Assembly: GCA_000934665.2 (NCBI GenBank)
Contig: KZ538430.1
Span: 1 to 64,000 of the forward strand
Length of the DNA stretch: 64,000 bases
Origin: Catajapyx aquilonaris
Taxonomy: Eukaryota
Direction: 5' to 3'
Of the stretch, positions 36,901-48,900 are shown piece after piece. Within the stretch, counting starts at the first letter, position 1, and each line of letters opens with the position of its first letter. The position numbers and the translations under genes were made by a program. The notes beneath the pieces were generated by a model. It did no database searches. It was not told the origin of the DNA and worked only from the letters and a program-made list of their open reading frames with translations.

Positions 36901-39900
36901 TATGATGAACCTGACAGCCAGCTACTAGTGAAGCATTGATACCAAAAGACTGAATATATTATAACTGTCTGTTGTTTTCCCAGCCGCAGAAGTCTACAAG
37001 ACATTGATGAGCAAAACTCAATCTTACTACAAAGTACAGTTATGGCTTGTTTTCTAACCCTAATAAGACGGGCGTATCATGTGCTGATACGGTGGCTTTA
37101 AGGGGGGGATAAGGATAGTCGGGACTTCTTCGAATTCCAACTCTGGCCAAAAGAGGAGGCACTGGATCCCACCCTCGCTACACAAAAGAAAGGTCGCATT
37201 TGCGGGTGACCATTCCCTCTAGGCACAATAAAAACCGTGAAAATTAGGGTTCCCTTAACTTCTAGTATTTCTCAAATCAGCCAAATTGTGACAAAATTAT
37301 TATTTGCCGAAAGGTTATAGCTAAACATAGAAATCGGCTTTGTAGGTCCAGAGCACCTCATTTTTCCGCATTTTTGAGTACTTGTTACGACATAACTTAA
37401 AATTTTACGACTGCGTAAATTACTCCCGAATGCAAATGACTTTTTATAATACTACATTAAGAATATGGAAAAAGTACAGTGTACATGTGTAAGAGAGAGG
37501 TCAGTTACACTTACACAAAAACAATAATCGGTTCTGCTGTTGTTAGTTAGCGAGAACTTTACTCCCAAATTCTCTTTATCCCCCCCTTAAAAAATTCTGC
37601 TGGCGAAACTATAGCGTTTTCCCACTATGTCACGTGGTTTCTGTGTGGCTTTTTAAACTTTTCTTGCGTAAAAAATCGCGAGTTTTGGACTACAAAATCA
37701 TGCGTAAATTAACTGGGTTAACCAGATTAACTTAAATGAAATCATCTTTTTGCGGCCCCTGAAAAAAAACTTTAAATAAGAAAAAAATCCGACCTTGACC
37801 GGCAAATTTTTGGCATACATTGTTGCCCCCAAACCTCCTCAAGAGATTCCACCCTAAAATTAGTGCAAAAGATAATTCAATAGTTTTAAAATAAATAAAT
37901 AATGTTCGTAAATGCCAATTAGCTGCTGGCGGGTCTCTGCGCAACTCAACGCCGGCCTCCGTCTGGATGGAGGGGCGCATGCCCCGTGGGGTTTTTGAAC
38001 AGCTGTGGCATAAGTGATGTTTACATTCGTGAGGGGGTGCTTGTTCATCACTTCTGCACGCCTGGCAGTCCTGTGACGTAATTCATGCCATGTGCTTATT
38101 TCCTGGCCAAAATTTGCAGTAGGAGTGATATTAATGAAATACAATATGCTCCAATATTTATCATTTTAACTCATGGTGGTCCTTTTGAATGTAAAATGCC
38201 GAAAAAATTCATCCCCAGGGTGTTCCAGAAAAAAATTTAGAGTGCAATTAACTTTAAATATAATTAAATTCATTTAAATTTTTAAAGTCACTATAAAATT
38301 GTTACTATGGTTACATAGTAATACTAAAACACTGCACTATGAGAAACTCCTAAGAGTCCAGATTACGGGCCACCCTGTTCTGACACCATGCGAGGGGGTA
38401 TTTTTAGCTCACGCTTGGAGGCGTAAAAACTTATTAGCATATGCCAGGGTGGTAGGAGCAGTTTGAGTCTCAAACTGCACCAATTCTGTCTAAACTCTAG
38501 CGCGCCCAGTTCAAAAACCAGCAGGACATCATATGATGTCCGCTGGCCTCAAAGGATTAATATGTGCTTTGTCACTTTAGTTGCCCCATCCCTCCTCCCC
38601 ACCATCCACCATTCAAATATGGTTAGATTGCTTAAAGGTGCGTTTTACGTGTGAGTGATTTGATTGCTAGATGTCATTGCCGAGTGGTGCATCGCTGAGT
38701 AGTGCAGCGCTGAGTAACCTGAGTAACCAATATTGTTAGAGGTGAAAGTAACAATCGATTTTCGCCTCAAACAATACTGGTCACTCAGGATACTCAGCAA
38801 TGAACCTCTCGGCGATGACATCGTCGAATCAAAATGCTCACATGTAAACGCACCTTTAGTCCATACCAAAACAGAATTTCCTAAGCCCAATAATTCAGCC
38901 ACACCCCACCTGTTATCATTCAGAAATATCCCATTACATCTCAGACACCCTCAGACTACATGTGTTTCATGTTAGCTGACATCTGTATCAGTATTTATTG
39001 CAGGTGCCAATTTCCACTTGTTGCCATGACCTAATATTCAAGTTTTGAGTAGAATCATACTTACCATTGAAAAGCTATTAAGGTATATAGTCTGGTGACC
39101 CTGGGTAGCTTGCCCCCTGGGGTAACTGGTTGTTTACTGCTATCCTTTTACATATGTTGCCATGGTGATTGCCCGCGGGCAAGCTTACCCTGGGTCACCA
39201 GACTAGGGGCCCTAATGGGCTTTCCAACAATATGTGTAACTCACTGACAAAATCAAAGTGAAAATGAGTGTCAGTAAGAATTTTACAAATACAGATGTGA
39301 GGTAACTCACAAATCACATGGGAGTTAAAACCAAAGTTAGAATCCTACTTTACGTTAAGAACACTCCTAATACTCCAATATTTTAAAAAATTCTTGCCAC
39401 AACACTACCTTTGATTTCTCATTTTTTCACAATTTATCCTAAAACATGATTCATTGGCAATAGAAATAAATGCAGTCACAAATGAATTGTAGCGACACTG
39501 CTGTAACATGATTTTGTGTCCAAAAAATCTTGATAATATCAGCAGGACAGATAACATAATATATTCAGTCAGACATTAATAACTCAAGGAGTGTACATAC
39601 TTTAAAAACTGAAGAGGCGGGAGAAGAGCATAAACACTGCAGAGCATTGCGGTGCAGGCAAACAAAACTGAGGGTGGTCCAGTTGAGGACTTACCCCTTC
39701 TGTGGCACAGGGTAGTGTTCCTAAATCATTGGTATCGCACAATTTCTGAATTCCACTTAAACGTGCCCGCAACTCTGCATTTTGTTGCAGTACTTGATTT
39801 AAAGAGTTGCGCAAGCTAGTTACCAGGGCAGCGCTGCTCAGGCCTCCTCCTCCTCCCCCACCACCGCCATCCATCTCAATTGCCTGTTTCAGCCGTTCAC

Positions 39901-42900
39901 GTTCTGTCAGTAAGGTCTGCAGTATCATCTGTTCATTTCGTAACACTGGAAATAACAAAGTTGTGGTCAGCAGCTTTTCTCGTGCAGTGCATGTTCGAGG
40001 CAACAGTCACTTAACAGCACACATAAAAAGTGTATATCAAGAACAAGTTCAACAACATTCACATTAAGAATTGCTTGCATACCTAAAGTTGCGAGACTCT
40101 GTGAAGGGTGAATGCTATGACTTTCTATATAAAAGCCATTTAAAAAACAAACATTGTAATATGCTCATGAATTTGACATGTTCGGTTAGAAATGTGCTTA
40201 CAGACAATACATTATGCACAATACTTATGCACCTATGCAAGAGTACTCACCATCCTTAGATAAGACAAGAAAATCTTCGCGTATTCGGTTGTCAGGCACT
40301 TGAGGTAATTTGAGCTCAATGGCAGCAAAGTGATAGGTGTCACTGAATGAGTGTGGACGACTCAATGTAGGACTGACAGTCAGTAGCGAGGAGTTGCTGG
40401 TGCTCATGGAAGTCATTTGGGTCAGGTTGCTGGACGACATCTGCATATATGTGAAAGCATAGTCAAGTTCTGATGTCAAACTTGCTACAACAACAACACT
40501 TACACCGCCCACATTGTTGGCTCGAAAGCTGTCATCTTGCGTGCTTTTATTGGGACTAGAACCACTCAGATCTACTGAACTTCCCTTGGATCCCTTCTTT
40601 TTCCGCAGCCCAAACTTCTTACGATCTTTCTTCACATTGGGAGAGTTGGCTTCTGCAATCTGCACAAATAAAATGTGATTGGCTGCCAACAGTTAATTTT
40701 CATTCCAACCTACGGAAGTCTCATGCTCAGACAACTGCATGTTTTCCATCTGTTCCAACATTTTTTCCAGATGAAGAAGGTTCTGGTGTGTCAAACTTAT
40801 CTCCTTGTTGGTCTGCTCCAGTGAAAAACTATCCATTATCCATGCACCTACTCGGGAGGGTGGATGCAATGTCGGTGACTGAGGAGGCTTCAACCCACAA
40901 GTCAGAGAGCCATCTCGTGATGCAGTCATGAACCCCTTTTCTGATGAAACCAATGGTGGATCTGGAATAATTCATTTATGTAATGGGGCTCTCATGCCTC
41001 TTGAACTTGACCAAAAAAAAATTTGTTTGATAATGTCTGATAGAGCAGAGTCAATTTTTAACATCAGCAACATTTCAAAAGTGTCTGGGAAGGATCCTTA
41101 CACCCTCAGTCCTGCTCTAGCAGAGAAGGTCCTGTTTTTATCTCATTAGCCAAAGAGGTCTGGTAGAGTTATTAATATAGGAAAGGTAGACATTTGCTCA
41201 ATCTGAAGCCGCTCTAAAATAAATAACTTTTTGTACAGTTACAGTACAGATTATACAGTATGTTTCTTAATGATTCTGACAAATTTCTATTGTGAAATGT
41301 TGCTTACCAAAATATCACTTTATGTGGAGGTGTCATTTGGTCTCTGCCATATTTTCACGAAGACAAATGGCTATTTATAATTTAGTATAGCATCCTGGAG
41401 GTTTGCATCAGACACACATAGGCACTTCTGAAACTGTGTTCTCTGTGGCTGATTGGTACAGTGTTGGACATTAATCGCGTCGTACTGCTAACGAAATTTT
41501 TCGAAGCGACAGAAGAAGGAATCTTGCTTGCACCGCTTTTGCTCCATTGCATTGCTTCGATTCATTTTTCTGCGCTTCGAAAAATGTCACTAGCAGTACG
41601 ACGCGATTAATGTCCAACCCTGTACAATAAGTGAGAGATCAGCAGTGTAAATTAACACAGCATGGTAACACTTGCACACCAAATTTAAGTTCTCACAGTA
41701 ATCAAACCTCACAATAACTGTTTGAAGTGACACCCATTGGCTTGTCAGCTGGCTGTACAATACAGTGACACAGGCGACCTTTTACACCAGCACTTGCTGC
41801 ACTACTACGAACACTGCTGAAACAGTCATTCAACATGTCCTCTTCAAAAGGAAGACTGGATTTATCAAGACATGCTGCTTGCATGAGTGGAAGCAAATCT
41901 TCCAGGATATCCTACACTTCATATTAAAAACCCATTATCTTGGTAACCAGGCTGCAGACGCTAAGCAATCCCTGTACATACAGTGATCCGTTCATCCGCA
42001 GGCATTCATCCCAGAAGTTCGTCAGAATCATTTTGAAACACCATGTATACAGGGGTGGATTTCCCATTAGGCACAGTAGGCACTGGCCTAGGGGCAGCCG
42101 CGAGTCGTAATAAATAATATTTTTCAAATACAATAATAGGAAATTAAGGCGAGATCACAAAGAAAACCGAATTTTTGAGAGCTTGATTTACCACTACAGG
42201 CAGAAAAGGTAATTGCCGCAGGGCGGCCGTAACTTTCAATATATTATTTTAAAATAAAATGAAGGAGAGAACACAATATATATATATATATATATTTGCA
42301 TTTTTAAGCGTCAGGCCTGGGGGGGGGGGGGGNCATGTATACAAAAAATATTGCATGCTTTGTTATTCGTAACATGACTTAGGTATATAGTCTGGTGACC
42401 CGGGGTAGCTTGCCCCCTTGGGTAACTGGTTGTTTACTGCTATCCTTTTACATATGCTGCCATGGTGATTGCCCCCGGGATAGCTTACCCGGGGTCATCA
42501 GACTAGGGGCCTAATAGTGTCCTGCTTCCTTCCAACTTTTGATAGAATAATTGTTGCTGTGCAACCTAATTCTGTTACAGTATTTATTTATTTTTTGTTC
42601 TTGAGTAATTGACACTTGATACATGCAAATCTTTCACTGGTTTTCTAAAGTGCATTAATACTGCATAATCTATCCAGCCTCATACATCAGCTCCCAGCCA
42701 GAACCTTTATCTCAATGCCACCCACATGGAAAGCTAAATGTATTGGTCTAGAGCAGTGGTTCCCAACCTGTGGGTCGCAACCCACTTGGAGGTTGCAAAG
42801 GGTTTTCTAGGGGGTCGCTAAGCTAGTTTTTACATTAACGAACACTCAGGTGCGAATTTAAGTACGTTACGAAGTTATGAAAATATTTTGTTTTCTTTAC

Positions 42901-45900
42901 CTTATAAAAATGCATTTTTATGCACATGTGTGTGTGTGTGTGTGTGTGGGGGGGGGGTCGCAGGTTACTTGGCTATTATAAAAGGGGGTCGCGACTCGGA
43001 AAAGGTAGGGAACCACTGGCCTAGAGCAACTAGAGGCTTTCCAATTCCAGGTATCTTGCATCAAACATGTAACATGACAACCCAACATACAGTATCGGTG
43101 AGCCTCTCATCACCCTCACTATTTGGTCTGGGTTTCAGCATCGGATGGCATTAAGGTATGATGGTGGTTGGGAGATTATAAAACTGCACACATGGTCAGC
43201 ACAGTGATGTAGAGGTTAGCACCATAGCCTTCCACCTCTGAGGTTCCACATTAGATCCCCAGGTCAGGCAGAGCACTTTCTCATGTGAAAAGAGTTTCAA
43301 TGGGTTCTCTGAGTTGGAATCGATTTCCCCAGGGTTCTGTATTACTTCTCACAATCAAAATCCAGCAAAGTGCAGGGAATGAATAAACTCAACCATTCCA
43401 TCTTTTTTTTTTCTTTTTCATTACCAACTTATGCCTGTACAGGGTGGGGCAGAAGTCATGGGCGGATTAAAACGACGCAGCATGGCGCAAGTAACGAACA
43501 GTTATATTTTAAAAAAAATACACTACACAGAGAAAGATATGCCATTTATGGATCAAGGTCCAAAAAAGTCACTTCTTGAAAACAACATTGGATAAATGTC
43601 CACCTTTTCGGGCAACCCATATTCCTCCAAACGCTGGACGAAACCCTTCATAACGCACTCCAGCATGTCCAGGGAAATGTTCCTTAAGATCAGCCAATGA
43701 CTGAAGACATGTGGCGAACACCAAACTCTTCAGGTAACCCCACAAGAAGAAGTCGGGGGTGGTCAAATCCGGCCATGGAATGTCCCCAAATCTCAAAATG
43801 ACCCGCCCAGGAAACATTTGACTTTTAATTTATTTGGTGTTCATCACACCTCCTCAGTCTTTGGCTGATATTAAGGATCGCAGATAAGACACGCCAGAGA
43901 AACATTCCCCTGGACATGCTGGAGCGCATTATGAAGGGTTTCGTCCGGCGTTGGGAGGAATATGGGTTGCCAGCAAAGGTGGACATCTATCCGGCGTTGT
44001 TTTCAAGAAGTGACTTTTTTGGACCTTGATCCATAAATGGCATATCTTTCTCTGTGTAGTGTAAATTTTTTTAAAGGGACACTCCACTCAAAATACAAGT
44101 TGGGCTCTAAAAATCAGGCAAAAAATCCTGACTCCGAGGGCATAAGCAGTTTTTCTGAGAGACGAACGGTAAGGCCAGGGCGAAAGCTGGAAGTGTGTCG
44201 TTCGAAAACCGGGCTCAAACGGGCCCGGTGCATGTGGCGACGCCACCCCAAGGGTGACGTTGGATAGTAGCGCCGCCCTTCCCAACGTCGACTTGGATAA
44301 GTTGCCTGCGGGTATGGGGATCCGTGGGGATCTGGTTGTGTCCGAAGCCAACTTCCCCTAGTGCCCGTTGGGAAGGGCGGCGCTACTATCCAACGTCGCC
44401 TAACTTGGCCAGGTGGCCAGGCGGCGCCACTCTCGAACAGACCTCGAATTTTTTCCGACTTTCGTCTCTTCCCCTGACATTACCGTTCGTCTCAGAGATA
44501 AACGGATGGTATCACCGGAATCAGGATTTTTTGCCTGATTTTTACAGATCAACTTGTATTTTGAGTGGAGTGTCCCTTTAAATACGTATAATTGTTCGTT
44601 ACTTACACCATGCTGCGACGTTTTAATCCGCCCATGACTTTTGCCCCACCCTGTATACAAAATAGATAATCATGAATAACTATGCAGCTATTCCTCCAGG
44701 ATAGTTGTAGTTCAGTACGACAGATATTCGAACTGACAACAGTTCTGCATCACAGAACTTCCAGTCAGATATCTGGTGAAATGCATGTAACTTGCTTTTC
44801 AATGCTCTGAGGAGGTGGAGCCTTAGTGCTAAGCATGATTTCTGAGAAAAGATGCCAGAAATTACTGTGCCAGGTAGCATATAAATCATATTACAGAGTC
44901 TAGTTCCACATCAGCGTAAGCAAACGACAAAATTAAATGGCATTCAATGCAACAGTAATATATAAAAGTATTTTCTTCCATCTCGGGTTTATTAAGTGAC
45001 CTAAGAACTGATATATTGTTTTGAAAATAAAGACTGCAATGCACAGAATAAGAATTGTTGACTTCAGCGGTGAGGAACATGATTAAACAATTTGTGGTTC
45101 TCTTGAAAATGCAGTATTCTGCAAAGTTACACTTGCCAAAAGCTTTCGTTACCAACACAATGGGGTCTGTTCACATATGACTCCTAACTCTTGAACTGGA
45201 AGGATGCAGGATCTAGATTGTGAATCAACAGGGATGTACCAGGTTAAATCAACCATATGCAGACATGGTTGCAAATAAATCAAGGAACAAAAATACTGGG
45301 AATGAAAGTACAGCATTAGCTACGTATGGACCAAATGCGCGACTTATCCACCATACAGACAGGAGAAATTTCAGGGACTCCCACTCAATCATTTTGTGCT
45401 CATCCACCATAAGGTTAGCCTAATCATTCCTCCCATTTCCTTCCCAAAATCCCTGTCTCACCTTTTCATTTTAAATATTTTATGGAAGTCCCCATATGTT
45501 GAGTGAAATGAAAGTTTGCCAATGAACCATCCTCAGACATGGTTATGAATAAGTCCAGGAGCAAAAATGTGGAACTTTCCTAAAACCTATGCATGGGCAA
45601 AATTTGGTTGAAATCAGAGTCAGATATTCCAAAAGGGACCAATCCCACACCTCTTCAGACCCAACTGTCATTTCAGCAGGAAACACAAAGTGGTACTAGG
45701 AGATAGAAAGGGACCATTATGACACCAATTCTATTGTGAGACCAAACAACTGCCACGAAATTGCCATGATAACCAATGGAGAAATTCTCGAACAGCACTG
45801 TCAGTCTGTCAGAGGCAGGTGTATTGGACAATTGGGCCAGCTGTGAGACAGGTATCGAAATGGCCTTGGGGAATATAACTTGAAGAAACCTTGTACTCCA

Positions 45901-48900
45901 AGGCATTATTTACTTTATTTTCTTTCACTGCCTTAATTAATCTCGCATCTCTCTTGTCATCCACCCTTAAGCCATGTTTACATGTGAGCGATTTATCAGC
46001 GATGTGCATCGCTGAGTGAAAGTAACAATGGTGGTAATAGTATATTTTTGCCCCAAACAACAGGTCTCATCGCTGATAAATCGCTCACATGTAAACGCGG
46101 CTTTATGGTGGCTGAGTCCAAGCAGACCTGGGGACTGGTCCCTTTCAGATTATCTTCCAGCTCTTCCACCATTACATCAAAAATAAGCTGGAAAATTCAT
46201 TGCTATTCCGAGCCTGAATGACTGCTTCTATGCAACCTTATTAGAGGCTAACATTTTTGATGGCAACTCAATTGATTGAAAATGCAATGAATGTAATTTA
46301 TAGTCAACAAACATCTGAGAATCTTCCCCCGAGGTCTTCAAATATAGTCAACGGACATCTTAGAATGCACCTCTGGCACCTCTCACTTTTCAAATTTCCA
46401 TGGAGATGCCCTGATGCAACAAAGGGAGTAAACAGTGTCCTTTTTGTTGAAGATGTTTACTCCCTTGGTTGCATGAGGGCATCTCCATGGAAATTTGAAA
46501 AGTGAGAGGTTCCAGAGGTGCATTCTCAGATGTCCGTTGACTATATTTGAAGACCTCAGGGGAAGAAAGATCAAGGTCCACCTCTGGTGAAGCTGAGATA
46601 GTCCAATTTTAAATTTCGAAGGCCCATAAGGTTCTATTGTAAATCCCACTTTCGGGGCCTTACATTGTGACCTATGGTCATTACTCCACAACCACGACCA
46701 AACCATCATATTCTACACTAGTAAAAGTATCTTCTGAGATATGTATCTCATTTTTGACAAAGAGTGGACCTTGATCGTTCTTCCCCTGAGGTCTTCATTT
46801 GTGTATTGCTGTACAGTGTAAATGTTTAAGGGCATGGTGCAGCAAACTTTGTAAAACCAATCTGGCTGGATTGTGCTTGTTATTAATTGTTGTCAAAAAC
46901 TAACCAACAATCAATAGCAAGAGCAATCATTCACCCCGAGTTGTTTTACTGAGTTCAGTGTTCCCTGTCCTAACAAATGTTTGGACCAGGAGACTATTAA
47001 CTAAAAGTTAACTGAGATAAATAAGAATTACTGCCACCCTGAATCAGCTCATACTGTAATTATGTTTGACTGCAAAATAGCAGCAGTGCGGAGAAGAGAA
47101 ATGAAGTGCAATGGTAAAACTTCATGCACGTATGAAGTGTGATGTATGAATAATACACAGGCGCAAAGTATGTTAAAAACACGCTTGGTACTGTACAGGA
47201 GTAAAGATGGTACAACCATGTAAAATTAGGTTGTCAAGTATGAGTTACATACATCTACATGATATGTGTTCAAGTACCATACCAGACGGAGATTTACACA
47301 TGTTACATCATACTAATTTCATTGTGACAGCTCAAGTGTTTTCAGCTTTATGGTCACACATTGGTCTGAACACACATTATGCTATGTCTACGAAAACTAG
47401 TATGTGAACCACTCCTCATGCAAAAGGGGCTGACTAATGCAACAAATGTGCAAGTGTCAGAGAAGAATCCCACATACCGGCATTGGGATATTGGATGCTG
47501 ACGTCAAGAACTATTAAGAGAAATAGGGTATTAAGTGAGCAGCCATGAGAGAGCCTGCTTCTGAGTAACATTAACCTAATACTGCTAGAGTGATTAGTGG
47601 TAGATCGACTTACTCGCTGCTGATAATGCCAAAGGAATGACAGGAACAGTTTCTTCCATAGGACTTCCAGGTGATGTAACACCTTTTGAATCTTTTGTGC
47701 CATAGCTAAGTACATGCTGTCGATACAATCTGTGATCCTTCAGTTGTCCCAACCAATGATCAAAAGTATCTGGTGCCTTAATCTGCAATATAACAATTAC
47801 TTGCAAAAAAATTCTCAAGGTGTAACATGTCTCACATTATTTTCACACCTTCAAATGGAAAATGAGCTCTTCAGCATCAATGTCAATGCGCCCCCGCTTT
47901 GGCTTTGCAGATATGACTGACAAGCCTACATCCACAGTTCCATGTAATTTTCCTCTAACCACATCAGCAGGATTCTTAGCATACACCATCAGTCCTTTAT
48001 CCAGCACAAAATATCTCTGAAACATACACAAGTTTATGCAACTGGAATATGTTTATACATGCAATGTACCATACCTTGTGCCATCCTTTCAGTGGCCACT
48101 TCCGCTTCTTCATGAGGTACCCATCCAATTTATTAGGTATTTTCTCATGGCGTTGACCATCCTTCAAGCCCTCTAAAATTTCCCACTCAGAATTACGCCG
48201 TGGGTGCTTCTTCACTGAAGAAACAATTATTATGGTAAATATTTGAAAGACTCATTCTTAATGAATGCCATGTCCCACTTTCACAAACCAATATGAGTCT
48301 GCAATAATAAAGAGAAGTCAGCCAGCGAACATGCACAACCATTGGAAGGGAAAACCAAACCTGTTAGAGGCAAAGAACAACCAAAATACTTTCTGACATC
48401 ACAATAGTAAGTTTGCAACACATTAATTGAGAGTTTGTGATGCCATTAGCAAGAAATCATGGGTGGAATTTTCTTCGCACTATTAGTTACTTCTAACTTA
48501 GTAATACCAGTGTAGTGCAATGGTACTGCTAAGTTAGCAGTAACTAGTAGTACGACGTGGGGAGGCATGGTGGTCTGGTGGTTACGCCACTGGCCAGCCA
48601 AGCGGGATTCCGGGGTTCAAATCCCTTCCCTGTCACCTCTGCTTGGCCAGGTCTTTTTCCGCTTTTCACCCGACATGCCAGAGCAGAATTGCACTCCTTA
48701 CTCGGCCCAGGGCCAGGAGAAAAGGCCTGGTGTTTAAAGAATGTCAGAAATGACTACCGCACAGCGCCCTCCCTTGGGAACCTCCCCTTCCCCCCTAAGA
48801 GGGCCTCGGGCCCTATCACAGGGTATTATTTTATTTTTTTAACAAACAAACAAAAACCAACAAAACTAGTAGTACTGCGAAAATTCCACCCAATAAATTC

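Noticed and set aside
37058..38438. Possible piggyBac-like element (CCCTAATAAG ... CTTATTAG)
   Set aside because: Right end and TTAA flanks are not intact
41702..41896. Possible alternative ORP exon
   Set aside because: The donor is phase 0 in the ORF frame, while the next acceptor needs phase 1
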